From NCBI GenBank assembly GCA_026415775.1, contig JAOAGL010000001.1, forward strand, positions 334,233 through 398,232: DNA of 64,000 nt. Reading direction: 5' to 3'. Source of the DNA: Patescibacteria group bacterium. GTDB lineage: Bacteria > Patescibacteriota > Minisyncoccia > UBA6257 > JAAZHW01. The notes under the pieces were generated by a model. That model made no database searches and was not told the origin of the DNA. It saw only the letters and a program-made list of their open reading frames with translations. Position numbers and translations under genes: made by a program. Positions 20,973 to 30,742 of the stretch are shown here, one piece after another (within the stretch, counting starts at the first letter, position 1; each line of letters opens with the position of its first letter).

Positions 20973-22208
20973 TTGTTTATGTCTTTTATTAAGTTATCTG
21001 GTAAAATTTCTCCCTCTTTTACTCTTATTGAATTATTAATTGTTATCGCTATTCTCGCTGTTTTAATGTCTGTTATTGTTATAACGATTAATCCTACCGA
21101 GATGCTAAAACGCACTCGTGATGTTAGACGTCTTTCTGATTTAAAAACTCTTAATTCAGCTTTATCTGTTTACTCAGCCTCTAATCCCGATGGTTTTTTC
21201 GGGAATCTCAACACTGTCTATATCTCTATTCCAGATTCTTCACCAACTTGTGCTAATTTAGGTTTACCAGCTTTACCAACTGGTTGGTCTTATGCTTGTT
21301 CAAATTCTACTAATTATCGTAAGACAGATGGTGCTGGCTGGATACCCATTAACCTTAAAAACCTGGATATTGGTTCACCAATTTCAGCCCTTCCAATCGA
21401 TCCTATTAACTCAACAACTTCTGGTCAATATTATACTTATGTGGTGGGAGGAAGTTGGGAGTTAAATGCTATTTTGGAATCAGATAAATATCGTAATGAT
21501 AAAACACTTACTAAACAAAATTTTCCTGGTGTTCTTTCTTTTGGTTCCAATATCAACCTTTCACCTATATTTAACAATTCAGGTTTAGTAGGATATTGGT
21601 CTTTTGATGAAGGAAGTGACACTATTGCTTATGATTATTCGGGCAATAATAATCATGGAACTTTATATAATGGTCCTCAATGGGTTAATGGTAAAATCGG
21701 CAAAGCCTTAAGTTTTGATGGGATGGATGATTATGTGGATTGTGGCACTAGTACAGTTTTTGATATGAACACAAATGATTTTACTATTGCAGTTTGGGCA
21801 AGGGCTATTAGTGGTATTTCACGTAGAGGTATTATTAATAAAGGAGGGTGGTCTGGGTCTGTAAAGGGGTATGCTATCCAACAGGCCTATACCCCCGCTA
21901 ATAAATATTATTTTGTGGTTATGGATGATACAGGCTATAAAGGCGTTCCTACTTCTCTTTTGGAGACTTGGGATTGGAGTTTTATAGTTGGTAAGAAAAC
22001 AACTAATCATATTGAAGTTTGGACAAACGGCATGAATTCTAGTGCTTATGATACTACTATTAATTCTTTAAGTAATCCTATTAAACCATTCGAAATTGGA
22101 AAAAGTGCAACAACTGAGTTTTTCAATGGTTTAATTGACGAAGTTCGAATTTACAATCGCGCTCTTTCTGAAGCTGAAATTAAGGCTTTATATAATGCTA
22201 CAAAGTAA
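20973..22208 (+). CDS. Type IV pilin-like protein with C-terminal LamG / concanavalin A-like lectin domain
   Basis: N-terminal prepilin-like segment SFTLIELLIVIAILAVL; C-terminal ...LIDEVRIYNRALSEAEIKALYN is a typical ending of LamG_3-type domains. Confidence 0.6.
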   Translation: MFMSFIKLSGKISPSFTLIELLIVIAILAVLMSVIVITINPTEMLKRTRDVRRLSDLKTLNSALSVYSASNPDGFFGNLNTVYISIPDSSPTCANLGLPALPTGWSYACSNSTNYRKTDGAGWIPINLKNLDIGSPISALPIDPINSTTSGQYYTYVVGGSWELNAILESDKYRNDKTLTKQNFPGVLSFGSNINLSPIFNNSGLVGYWSFDEGSDTIAYDYSGNNNHGTLYNGPQWVNGKIGKALSFDGMDDYVDCGTSTVFDMNTNDFTIAVWARAISGISRRGIINKGGWSGSVKGYAIQQAYTPANKYYFVVMDDTGYKGVPTSLLETWDWSFIVGKKTTNHIEVWTNGMNSSAYDTTINSLSNPIKPFEIGKSATTEFFNGLIDEVRIYNRALSEAEIKALYNATK

Positions 22209-22250
22209 AAGTTAATTGTTTTTTTATTTAATTTTTTTATAATAAATTTA

Positions 22251-23603
22251 ATGTCCAAAAAAGAAGAACAACAAAATAATTTAATGGATAAAATCATTAG
22301 TTTAGCGAAACGCCGCGGCTTTATTTTTCCATCCTCAGAAATTTATGGAGGATTTTCCAGTTCCTATGATTATGGGGCGATTGGTGTGGAATTAAAAAAT
22401 AATATTAAAAGAGCATGGTGGAAAGAAATGCTTCAAAAACAGAACAACATTTTTGGATTAGACAGTGCTATTTTAATGTCTCCAAAAATTTGGCAAGCCT
22501 CAGGTCATTTATCAGCGGGCTTTGCTGATTCTTTGGTTGAGTGTACAAAATGTCATCATCGTTTTCGTGAGGATAATGTAGAAAATAATAAGTGTCCTGA
22601 TTGTGGGGGAGAATTGATGCCGCCAAGAAAATTTAATTTGATGATGAAAACTTTTGTTGGGCCCGTAGAAGATGAGGCAGCAATTACTTATTTACGAGCG
22701 GAAACCTGTCAGGGAATTTATATGAATTATGAAAATGTTTTAAATTCAATGCGAGCAAAAATTCCTTTTGGTATTGCGCAAATTGGCAAAGCTTTTCGTA
22801 ATGAAATTAACCCTGGTAATTTTACTTATCGAATGCGCGAATTTGAACAAATGGAAATGCAATTTTTTGTTCATCCTTCCGAAGCTGATAAATGGTTTGA
22901 ATATTGGGTGGAACAGCGATTAAATTGGTATATTTCATTAGGTATTAAAAAAGAAAATCTGCGTTTGCACCAACAAACAAAAGAAGAACTAGCTCATTAT
23001 GCGAAAGCAGCGGTTGATATTGAATATAAGTTTCCATTTGGTTGGAAAGAAATAGAGGGAATTCATAATCGTGGCGATTGGGATTTGTCCAACCATTCTA
23101 AATATTCCGGACATGAATTAATTTATTTTGACGAAAAAACAAAAGAGCGTTTTATTCCTTATATTATTGAAACTTCAGCTGGTGCTGATAGAAGTGCGTT
23201 GGTTTTTTTAATTGATGCTTATGAAGAAGTGGTTGGTGGAAGGACTCAAACAACTGAAGCAACAAAAGAAATAGAGGTTGTTTTAAAATTTCATCCATTT
23301 ATTGCGCCAGTTAAGGTTGCTGTTTTTCCTTTGTTGAAAAACAAAGAAAATCTGGTGAGTTTAGCTAAAGAAATTTATAATAATTTAAAATTGCATTTTA
23401 TAACTTTATATGATGAGGTTGATTCAATAGGCCGTCGTTATCGTCGTCAAGATGAAATCGGAACTCCATACTGTGTAACAGTTGATTTTGAAAGTTTGGA
23501 AGATAAAACTGTTACGGTGAGAAATCGCGATACATTGCAACAAGAGAGAGTAAAGATTGATGATTTAATTAACTATCTTAAATCAAAAATTGAGACCTTT
23601 TAA
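22251..23603 (+). CDS. glyQS: Glycyl-tRNA synthetase (class II, alpha2 type)
   Basis: 450 aa; MDKIISLAKRRGFIFPSSEIYGGFSSSYDYG... is a typical GlyRS N-terminus. Class II motifs and the C-terminal anticodon-binding domain are present. Confidence 0.9.
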   Translation: MSKKEEQQNNLMDKIISLAKRRGFIFPSSEIYGGFSSSYDYGAIGVELKNNIKRAWWKEMLQKQNNIFGLDSAILMSPKIWQASGHLSAGFADSLVECTKCHHRFREDNVENNKCPDCGGELMPPRKFNLMMKTFVGPVEDEAAITYLRAETCQGIYMNYENVLNSMRAKIPFGIAQIGKAFRNEINPGNFTYRMREFEQMEMQFFVHPSEADKWFEYWVEQRLNWYISLGIKKENLRLHQQTKEELAHYAKAAVDIEYKFPFGWKEIEGIHNRGDWDLSNHSKYSGHELIYFDEKTKERFIPYIIETSAGADRSALVFLIDAYEEVVGGRTQTTEATKEIEVVLKFHPFIAPVKVAVFPLLKNKENLVSLAKEIYNNLKLHFITLYDEVDSIGRRYRRQDEIGTPYCVTVDFESLEDKTVTVRNRDTLQQERVKIDDLINYLKSKIETF

Positions 23604-23631
23604 TTAAAGGTCGATATAAATAAAATAAAAT

Positions 23632-23838
23632 ATGGCAATTATTAAGATTAGAAGAATTATTGGAACTTCACCCAAAAGTTTTGATGACGCATTAAAAAAT
23701 ATTATTGAATTTGTTGGGAAGGATAAATATAATTTGACTGGTGTTAAAATCATCGATCAATCAGTTTCATTAGATAAAGGCAAAATTGTAGAATACAAGA
23801 TTGTGGCGGATGTCGCTTATAAATGGGAAGAAAAATAA
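23632..23838 (+). CDS. Dodecin-like small flavin-binding protein
   Basis: 68 aa; ...KIRRIIGTSPKSFDDALKN... resembles the dodecin EIVGTSP-containing fold. Confidence 0.45.
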   Translation: MAIIKIRRIIGTSPKSFDDALKNIIEFVGKDKYNLTGVKIIDQSVSLDKGKIVEYKIVADVAYKWEEK

Positions 23839-23840
23839 AA

Positions 23841-25124
23841 ATGAAAAAGAATAATCAGCCTACTATCCTTAAAAAAGAAGGATTAAATTTTTTGCTTATA
23901 CCGCTTAAAGAAGCAACTAGCGTGACTTTTTTGATTTTGGTAAAAACTGGTTCTGAATATGAAAAACCAAATGAAGCGGGAATTTCGCATTTTTTGGAGC
24001 ACATGTGTTTTAAGGGCACCAAAAACAGACCTAGTCCAAAAATTATTTCCACCGAACTTGATTCAATTGGTGCGGTTTATAATGCTTTTACTTCTCGGGA
24101 ATATACTGGTTATTATGCTAAGGCAGCTGCGGAACATACTGATAAAATTTTAGATATTGTTACTGATATTTATCTTAATTCTTTGTTTGATTCTAATGAA
24201 ATAGAAAAGGAAAAAGGGGTAATTTTAGAAGAAAAGAATTATTATGAGGACACGCCAAGTGTCAAAATTGAAGAGTTGATTTTTGAATTATTATATCCCA
24301 AACAAGCAGCAGGACGGCCGATTATTGGAGATGAAAAGGTAATTAAAAATTTGAAAAGAGAAAATTTTTTAGATTACCACAAAAAACATTATACCAATGA
24401 AAAAACTCTTATTGTCTTAGCTGGTAATTTTGAGAAGGAGAAGATTATTAAAAAAATTGTAAATTTAATGAAAGATATTCTTCGGGGAAAAGGTGGTGAA
24501 AAATTTAAGACAATTATTAAAAAACAAGTGGAACCACAAGTTTTAATCCATAATAAAAAAACCGACCAAACACATTTAATTTTGGCTGCAAGAACTTTTA
24601 ATTGTTTTGATGAGAGACGGTATGCATTATCAGTTTTATCAACTATTTTAGGAAGCGGTATGAGCTCCCGACTTTTTCAAGTTATTAGAGAGGAATTAGG
24701 AGCAGCTTATTATGTTTATTCATTTAATGATTTAAGTTTGGACCATGGTTTTTTGGGTATTGCGGCTGGTTTGGCTTTGGATAAAACTGAAAAATCTTTG
24801 ATGGCAATTAAAAAAGAATTGGACAAATTAAGCAATGAATTAGTTGGTGACGAAGAATTAAAAAAAGCCAAAAGCTTTATTAAAGGAAAGTTGGCCCTTT
24901 CTTTAGAAACGACCAATGATTATGCATTTTATTATGGTTCCCAACACCTTTTTTACGGACAAACATTCTCTTTGAGGGAGATATTTAATAAAATTGATGC
25001 TGTGGATAAATTAACAATTAATAAGTTAGCAAGGGTTATTTTCCAGCCAAAATCATTGAATTTAGCCTTAATAGGACCATATGACCAAAAAGACAAAATG
25101 CGCTTTAAAAAAATGCTAATTTGA
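23841..25124 (+). CDS. M16 family zinc peptidase (insulinase-like)
   Basis: Inverted zincin motif HFLEHMCFKGT (HxxEH). The ATG at 23841 avoids overlap with the previous gene; the ORF track gives an alternative start at 23823. Confidence 0.8.
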   Translation: MKKNNQPTILKKEGLNFLLIPLKEATSVTFLILVKTGSEYEKPNEAGISHFLEHMCFKGTKNRPSPKIISTELDSIGAVYNAFTSREYTGYYAKAAAEHTDKILDIVTDIYLNSLFDSNEIEKEKGVILEEKNYYEDTPSVKIEELIFELLYPKQAAGRPIIGDEKVIKNLKRENFLDYHKKHYTNEKTLIVLAGNFEKEKIIKKIVNLMKDILRGKGGEKFKTIIKKQVEPQVLIHNKKTDQTHLILAARTFNCFDERRYALSVLSTILGSGMSSRLFQVIREELGAAYYVYSFNDLSLDHGFLGIAAGLALDKTEKSLMAIKKELDKLSNELVGDEELKKAKSFIKGKLALSLETTNDYAFYYGSQHLFYGQTFSLREIFNKIDAVDKLTINKLARVIFQPKSLNLALIGPYDQKDKMRFKKMLI

Positions 25125-25141
25125 TTTAAAATAATAAAGAA

Positions 25142-25780
25142 ATGGAAATAAACAAAAACAAATTAATAGATGATTTAATTAAAGACGGATTTTTGAAAAG
25201 TCCGAGGCTTATTGATGCATTTAGAAAAGTTGATAGAATGAGTTTTGTAATTGATTATGTAAAAAATGAGGCTTATCGGAATACGCCATTGGCCATTGGT
25301 TTTGGACAAACCATTTCTCAACCATTAACAGTAGCATTTATGTTGGAATTATTAGACGTTAAAGAAGGTAATAGGGTTTTGGATGTTGGTTCTGGTTCGG
25401 GTTGGACAACGGCTTTGTTGGCGGAATTAGTGGGAGAAAATGGAAAAGTTTATGGAATTGAAATTATCCCGGAACTTTATGAATTTGGTAAAGCCAACGT
25501 GATGCGTTATAGTTATATTACAAAAGGAATTGCCGAGATGTATTTAGGTAATGGCTTATATGGTTTGCCAGACAAAGCGCCCTTTGATAGAATTTTGTGT
25601 TCAGCCGAAGCAAGGGAAATCCCCGAAGCCTTTAAAGAACAGTTAAAAATCGGCGGTAAAATGGTTTTGCCAATGAATAACAGCTTATGGCTTATTGAGA
25701 AAAAAACTGAAACCGATTTTGAATCAGAAGAATTTCCAGGTTTTGTTTTTGTGCCTCTTATTGAAAAACTAAATAATTAG
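25142..25780 (+). CDS. pcm: Protein-L-isoaspartate O-methyltransferase
   Basis: SAM-binding motif VLDVGSGSGWTTALLAEL; 212 aa; typical PIMT architecture. Confidence 0.85.
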   Translation: MEINKNKLIDDLIKDGFLKSPRLIDAFRKVDRMSFVIDYVKNEAYRNTPLAIGFGQTISQPLTVAFMLELLDVKEGNRVLDVGSGSGWTTALLAELVGENGKVYGIEIIPELYEFGKANVMRYSYITKGIAEMYLGNGLYGLPDKAPFDRILCSAEAREIPEAFKEQLKIGGKMVLPMNNSLWLIEKKTETDFESEEFPGFVFVPLIEKLNN

Positions 25781-25803
25781 TAATGTTTAGGATAACGATT
25801 GTT

Positions 25804-25846
25804 AAAAAAATCTTGCATTTGCAAGAATTTTTTTCTTTTTTATAAT
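25804..25846 (+). promoter_or_regulatory. Palindromic hairpin (A-run/stem/T-run bidirectional terminator) with embedded TTGCAA-N16-TATAAT promoter for the downstream GC-rich ORF
   Basis: AAAAAAATCTTGCA-tt-TGCAAGAATTTTTTT; TTGCAA at 25819-25824, TATAAT at 25841-25846; GGAGGTG Shine-Dalgarno-like sequence upstream of the ATG at 25911. Confidence 0.5.
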
Positions 25847-25910
25847 GGAGATGGGAGAAAATCCCATTCAATAGATCTTTTAAAAATAAAAAAAGAAGGA
25901 GGTGAAAATA

Positions 25911-28751
25911 ATGAAAGCAAAACCTGGTTTTAATGAAAAGGATTTTAGGAAAAAATTTAAATTGTGGGAGAATGGCGAGGTCGGATTGAAACATTTTACT
26001 TCCGATGAAAGAGCAGAATTGTTGGAAACTGGTTACATCACTCAAGAACAATTTATTGAGTTGATGCCGGAAAAACTTCAAGAATACTGGCGGGCAATTA
26101 GTGAATTGCTTAGCAAAAAAAGGGTTTTTCGGAATACTGACGCAGCCACTGCCTTGCCGCTTGGTTTAAAAGGCAGGTACCAACGCTTGAATATGTCTCG
26201 CGGTATTTTAATGAAGTTCAAAGAGTGGGGGATGCTGGAGACAATTCGTATTGGTGCTCATAATGTTTACTTTTCAACTGCTCCTGGCTTCTATACTCAA
26301 GATGAAATTTTAAAGCTGATTCCAAAAGAATATCAGAAAAACGTTTTGCAATTATTTGCTGATGATTGGACATCGATTCAAGAGGTAGCTAATTTGTTGA
26401 ATTTATCCTCGCGATTTCTGGAAGAAATTTTGGATGCTTTTGTAAAAAGGGGGTTGTTGGTTAAAGGGAAAGGCGGCTATCGTCGTTCGCAAGCGTTGAA
26501 AGAGGCGGGTGTTAGTGTTGAATCCCTTGAGGCTTTAGATTTAGTTCAGGCGCATAATTTACTGATGCAGGAAAAAGAACGCAAAGCAGCTACCCAAAAG
26601 ATTACCAGTTTGAAAGAAATAAAAGAAGTGGTTGAAAGAGATATTCGCCATAAGAGTGTTAAAATGCTTCAAGAAGAAATCAATGAAGAATCGGCGCGTT
26701 TAAGCTTTATTGGTGAAGTGCGCTTCGGCAATCAATTTGTAGATGTAGAACTGGTAGAATGGGCAATAAATATACTGAAAGAATATTTTAAACCTCATGT
26801 TATTATTGCTTCTGACTTTGTTCAGGGCGATTTCCGCGGAATTCAAGTTGAAAGACTGCGCTCTTTGACAAGGACGGGTCTTCAGCGGATAGAGCAGCAA
26901 TATTCTGCAGCCAATTTGTTGTTAAAAGAACTAGAAAAAATTGCCAAAAACAAGGTTGTCTATCTTTTGTCTGATGATGATTGGCAGGTTTCTTTGTCCC
27001 GAGTGATTATTGCCCTAGAACAATTCCGAGGCATTAGAGGATTGGGTATTGGTAGTCGTTGGCCAGAAGAAATAAAACGTCTTTCTGGTGCAGACTACTA
27101 TCGTTTAATGAAAATCCAGTGGGAAACAGTTCAGCCTTATATGTATCGAATCGGTCGCTCCCTTCTTAATGCCGATGAAGTAAAAAAGGTTATTGGTGAT
27201 CATATTACTGAACTCTTGGTGATTATTTTTATTTTGCTGTTCGAAGAGTTTAATAAGCCGATCCCTGAAAAGTATAAAAAGTTGGTTGATGTTGAAGCTC
27301 TTCATAGCGATAAACCGGGTTCTAAAAGAATCATTAGTCCTGATCCCATCAATCTCTATCTGAAAAATATCCAAAAAAGAATTCTTGCTCAGCATAATAT
27401 TGCCTTCTCAGACATTACGCAGTACGTGGATAGCGGATTGATTCCAGAATGGATTTTGCGCAATCTTCAAGCTCGCGGTCGAGAAACGCCTTACATTTGG
27501 GTTGATTTCCACCAAGAAAGATTTTGGGGTACTAAGTTGTACAATACTTTCATTTTTAATTTACCCGGCTGTCAGAATCCTTTACCAGCTGCTGAAGGAA
27601 AAATCAAAACTTTTCACACAAAAATTCTTTCAGATAAAGCCCATCGACAAATCTATTTCCGAAAAGAACCACCAACGCCTGGTGTTGTAAACTTTGAAAT
27701 TTTCAAAGATGGTCGGCTGCGCATCCATGTTCTTAACAACAAAATCAAAGATGTTATTGAGAAAGAAAAGGATGAACCAGAGAAAAAAGATTTACTTGCC
27801 TACACTTCAGATTGGCAGTTTGGTTCTTTAACTATGAGACCCGAATGGGTGATAAAATTCCTGGACTATGCTCTTTTTAGTAGACGAGCGACTAATTTGG
27901 CGCTCAATGGTGACCTCATTCAGGGTTTTCATTATCCGAGGTTCGTTTCTGAAAACAGACCAAAAAGACTAGTGTCCGTAAGCAGCCAGAAGGCATTTAC
28001 TACCACGTTGCTCAAACCATTTTTCCCAGCGCCTAATCTTGAAACTATTGATGTTTTGTTGGGGAATCATGAATGGGAAATTTGGGGAGCAGACATTACT
28101 GGACAGAATAATCTCGAATTCATCTTCTTTGTTCTTAAAGAAATATACGAAAACCAAAAGTTATTTAAAGCTGATCTCAAAGTACCTGATATTAAAATTT
28201 GGAATAGAGTTAGAATTGTTAAAACTGCTGGGAGACATGGTTCAACAATCAACCATCCATATGGTAGCAGAGTGCTCAAGTCAAACTACAAGATTGCTAT
28301 TCAACATCAGTGGTATCCGCGTGGCGGCGGAAGAACACCAATGCATTCTCAAATAACTTGGTTAAGAAACATTGCTCAAGCTGCTTCTGATTTACATGTT
28401 CTTTTTGGTGGGCACAAACATACTTTTTGGATTGCGATGATTGCTGAAATTTTGATGTTGCAACTTCCTGGTCTGAATGACCAATCAGCTTTTGAATTTG
28501 CCCGTGGCCTGATGCCTCAGTCAATGGGTTGTCTGGTAGAATTTTCCAACAAAAGCGGCGTTACCATTGAATTAATCCCTGTTGAATTTCTAGAAGAATA
28601 TAAATGCATCTCTCCGTTCTACAAAGAAATAGATGAGAAAGGACTTCTTGATCGTCCAAAACCAGGAAGTGTTGAATACAGATATGGCCTAGATTCTCCA
28701 TTCATTCACCAATTAGAAGAACAAATTGACGCCGAATATCCAGAAGTGTAA
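25911..28751 (+). CDS. Large (946 aa) multidomain hypothetical protein, compositionally foreign; winged-helix-like region plus C-terminal calcineurin-like metallophosphoesterase-like motifs
   Basis: Uninterrupted ORF with a strong Shine-Dalgarno-like sequence. GC is about 45 percent against about 30 percent in flanking DNA, and codon usage is distinct (CTG, CGC, GCC). Motifs SDWQFG...NGDLIQG...GNHE...GGHKH are phosphoesterase-like. Confidence 0.7.
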   Translation: MKAKPGFNEKDFRKKFKLWENGEVGLKHFTSDERAELLETGYITQEQFIELMPEKLQEYWRAISELLSKKRVFRNTDAATALPLGLKGRYQRLNMSRGILMKFKEWGMLETIRIGAHNVYFSTAPGFYTQDEILKLIPKEYQKNVLQLFADDWTSIQEVANLLNLSSRFLEEILDAFVKRGLLVKGKGGYRRSQALKEAGVSVESLEALDLVQAHNLLMQEKERKAATQKITSLKEIKEVVERDIRHKSVKMLQEEINEESARLSFIGEVRFGNQFVDVELVEWAINILKEYFKPHVIIASDFVQGDFRGIQVERLRSLTRTGLQRIEQQYSAANLLLKELEKIAKNKVVYLLSDDDWQVSLSRVIIALEQFRGIRGLGIGSRWPEEIKRLSGADYYRLMKIQWETVQPYMYRIGRSLLNADEVKKVIGDHITELLVIIFILLFEEFNKPIPEKYKKLVDVEALHSDKPGSKRIISPDPINLYLKNIQKRILAQHNIAFSDITQYVDSGLIPEWILRNLQARGRETPYIWVDFHQERFWGTKLYNTFIFNLPGCQNPLPAAEGKIKTFHTKILSDKAHRQIYFRKEPPTPGVVNFEIFKDGRLRIHVLNNKIKDVIEKEKDEPEKKDLLAYTSDWQFGSLTMRPEWVIKFLDYALFSRRATNLALNGDLIQGFHYPRFVSENRPKRLVSVSSQKAFTTTLLKPFFPAPNLETIDVLLGNHEWEIWGADITGQNNLEFIFFVLKEIYENQKLFKADLKVPDIKIWNRVRIVKTAGRHGSTINHPYGSRVLKSNYKIAIQHQWYPRGGGRTPMHSQITWLRNIAQAASDLHVLFGGHKHTFWIAMIAEILMLQLPGLNDQSAFEFARGLMPQSMGCLVEFSNKSGVTIELIPVEFLEEYKCISPFYKEIDEKGLLDRPKPGSVEYRYGLDSPFIHQLEEQIDAEYPEV

Positions 28752-28776
28752 ACAGAATTTCAAATTTAACAACAAT

Positions 28777-28806
28777 ATAGAGGGTCCTTGTGACCCTCTA
28801 TTTTTA
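28777..28806 (+). terminator. Rho-independent terminator
   Basis: ATAGAGGGTC-cttgt-GACCCTCTAT followed by TTTTT. Confidence 0.65.
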
Positions 28807-28846
28807 TTTGATTTTTTAAAGAATTTTATTATAATTATGTAAAATT

Positions 28847-29398
28847 ATGAGAAAATTTTTAGCGGCAATTTGGGATACAATTGAAGTAGCAATAGTAGCG
28901 TTAGTGATAGTTTTAATCATTCGCACTTTTTTGTTTCAGCCGTTTTTTGTTGAAGGAGCCAGCATGTACCCCAATTTTAAAAACGGAGACTATTTAATTG
29001 TTGATGAATTAACCTATCGATTGCGCGAACCTCAAAGAGGAGAAATTATAGTTTTTCATCCGCCTCAAGCAGCGAAAGAATACTATATTAAAAGAATTAT
29101 TGCTTTACCCGGTGAAAAAATTGAAATTAAAGATGGACAAATAAAAATTTATAATCAAAACCATCCCGAAGGATTTGTTTTAAAAGAAAATTATCTATTA
29201 GACAGCAAGACACCAGGCGAAATAAGTTTAACGTTGGAATCAAATGAATATTTTGTTTTGGGCGATAATAGATATGCTAGTTATGACTCGCGAGCGTGGG
29301 GGACTGTAACAAAAGATAAAATTATTGGTATAGTTCGTTTGAGAGTTTGGCCATTTAATAATGTAAAAGCTTTTTCAACGGTCCAATATCAAAATTAA
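28847..29398 (+). CDS. lepB: Signal peptidase I
   Basis: Catalytic Ser box GASMYP, K box KRIIALPGE, and GDNRYASYDSRAWG. Confidence 0.85.
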   Translation: MRKFLAAIWDTIEVAIVALVIVLIIRTFLFQPFFVEGASMYPNFKNGDYLIVDELTYRLREPQRGEIIVFHPPQAAKEYYIKRIIALPGEKIEIKDGQIKIYNQNHPEGFVLKENYLLDSKTPGEISLTLESNEYFVLGDNRYASYDSRAWGTVTKDKIIGIVRLRVWPFNNVKAFSTVQYQN

Positions 29399-29456
29399 TT
29401 AAAATATGGGAAGAAGACCAAAAGATTTTTTCAAAAATAAAATAAAAAGGCCAAAA

Positions 29457-30737
29457 ATGAAAACAATTCTTCAGGCGCCTAAGGGTATGCCTGATATTTT
29501 ACCTGAGGAGAATTTAATTAGACGTAAAATTTTAAAAGTGGTAGAGGAGTTAGCGGATTTTTATGGTTTTGGCCAAATCGAGACGCCTATTTTGGAAGAA
29601 ACAAAACTATTTCTACATGGTACTGGCCCAACAAGTGATGTTGTTCAAAAACAGATGTTTAATTTAAAGACACCCGGGAAAGACTTGTTATCTTTACGTC
29701 CCGAATTTACGCCCAATATTGTCCGCGCATATTTAGAAAACGGGATGTTCAATTGGTCTAAGCCAGTTAAATTATTTGCCTGGGGTCCCGTCTTTCGTTA
29801 TGAACAACCGCAAAGAGGAAGATATCGCCAATTTTGGCAATGTAATTTTGAAATTTTAGGATCATCAGATTCTATTTATGACGTTTTAATTATTCAATTA
29901 TTTTTTAATTTATTTACTGAATTGAAAATTAAAGATTTAATTGTTGAAGTTAATACCATTGGTTGCGATAATTGTCGACCAATCTGGCACAAAGAATTAA
30001 AAAATTATTTTAAATCCAAAAGAAAATTTTTATGCGTTGATTGTAAAAATCGTTTAAAATTAAATCCTTTGAGAATTTTGGATTGTAAAAATGAAAGTTG
30101 TCAAAATTTAAAAAATGATGCCCCTAAAATGATGGATTATTTATGCACTGAATGCCGCCATCATTTTAAACAAATATTAGAATACTTGGAATCTTTAGGG
30201 TTGCCATATACAATTAATCCATATTTAGTGCGCGGATTAGATTATTATACTAAAACCGTTTTTGAAATTAGGAAAAATGATGATAATTTAGCATTGTGCG
30301 GTGGTGGAAGATATGATTATTTAGTTGAAATGTTGGGCGGCAAGTCAACACCTGCTGTTGGTGGAGCGGCTGGAGTCGAACGTTTAGTAGAAATTGTTAA
30401 AAAAACTTTGAAATTAGATAACAATCACAAAGCAAAAGTATTTTTAGTAGCGATCGGGGATTTGGCCAAACAGAAAGCATTACAATATATAGAAGTATTC
30501 CGTAAGGCCAAGATTGATGTGATTGAATCTTTTGCTCACGAATCATTAAAAGCTCAAATGAGGCAAGCGGATAAAGTTGGAGTCCATTATGTTATTATTA
30601 TAGGCCAGAAAGAAGCTATTGATGGTACGGTAATTTTAAGGGATATGACAGCCAGCATTCAAGAAGTTATTGATGGTAATAAAATCGTTGATGAATTGAA
30701 AAAAAGATTTAAAAATGATATTATAAAAACATTATAA
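29457..30737 (+). CDS. hisS: Histidyl-tRNA synthetase (with Cys-rich insertion domain)
   Basis: MKTILQAPKGMPDILPEE is a typical HisRS N-terminus. The ORF track gives an alternative start at 29406. Class II motifs and the C-terminal anticodon-binding domain are present. Confidence 0.9.
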   Translation: MKTILQAPKGMPDILPEENLIRRKILKVVEELADFYGFGQIETPILEETKLFLHGTGPTSDVVQKQMFNLKTPGKDLLSLRPEFTPNIVRAYLENGMFNWSKPVKLFAWGPVFRYEQPQRGRYRQFWQCNFEILGSSDSIYDVLIIQLFFNLFTELKIKDLIVEVNTIGCDNCRPIWHKELKNYFKSKRKFLCVDCKNRLKLNPLRILDCKNESCQNLKNDAPKMMDYLCTECRHHFKQILEYLESLGLPYTINPYLVRGLDYYTKTVFEIRKNDDNLALCGGGRYDYLVEMLGGKSTPAVGGAAGVERLVEIVKKTLKLDNNHKAKVFLVAIGDLAKQKALQYIEVFRKAKIDVIESFAHESLKAQMRQADKVGVHYVIIIGQKEAIDGTVILRDMTASIQEVIDGNKIVDELKKRFKNDIIKTL

Positions 30738-30742
30738 ATCAT

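Noticed and set aside
25758-26081. 107-aa minus-strand ORF spanning the pcm / island junction
   Set aside because: It crosses the palindromic terminator/promoter and the Shine-Dalgarno-like sequence and start of the large plus-strand ORF. It has no independent support.
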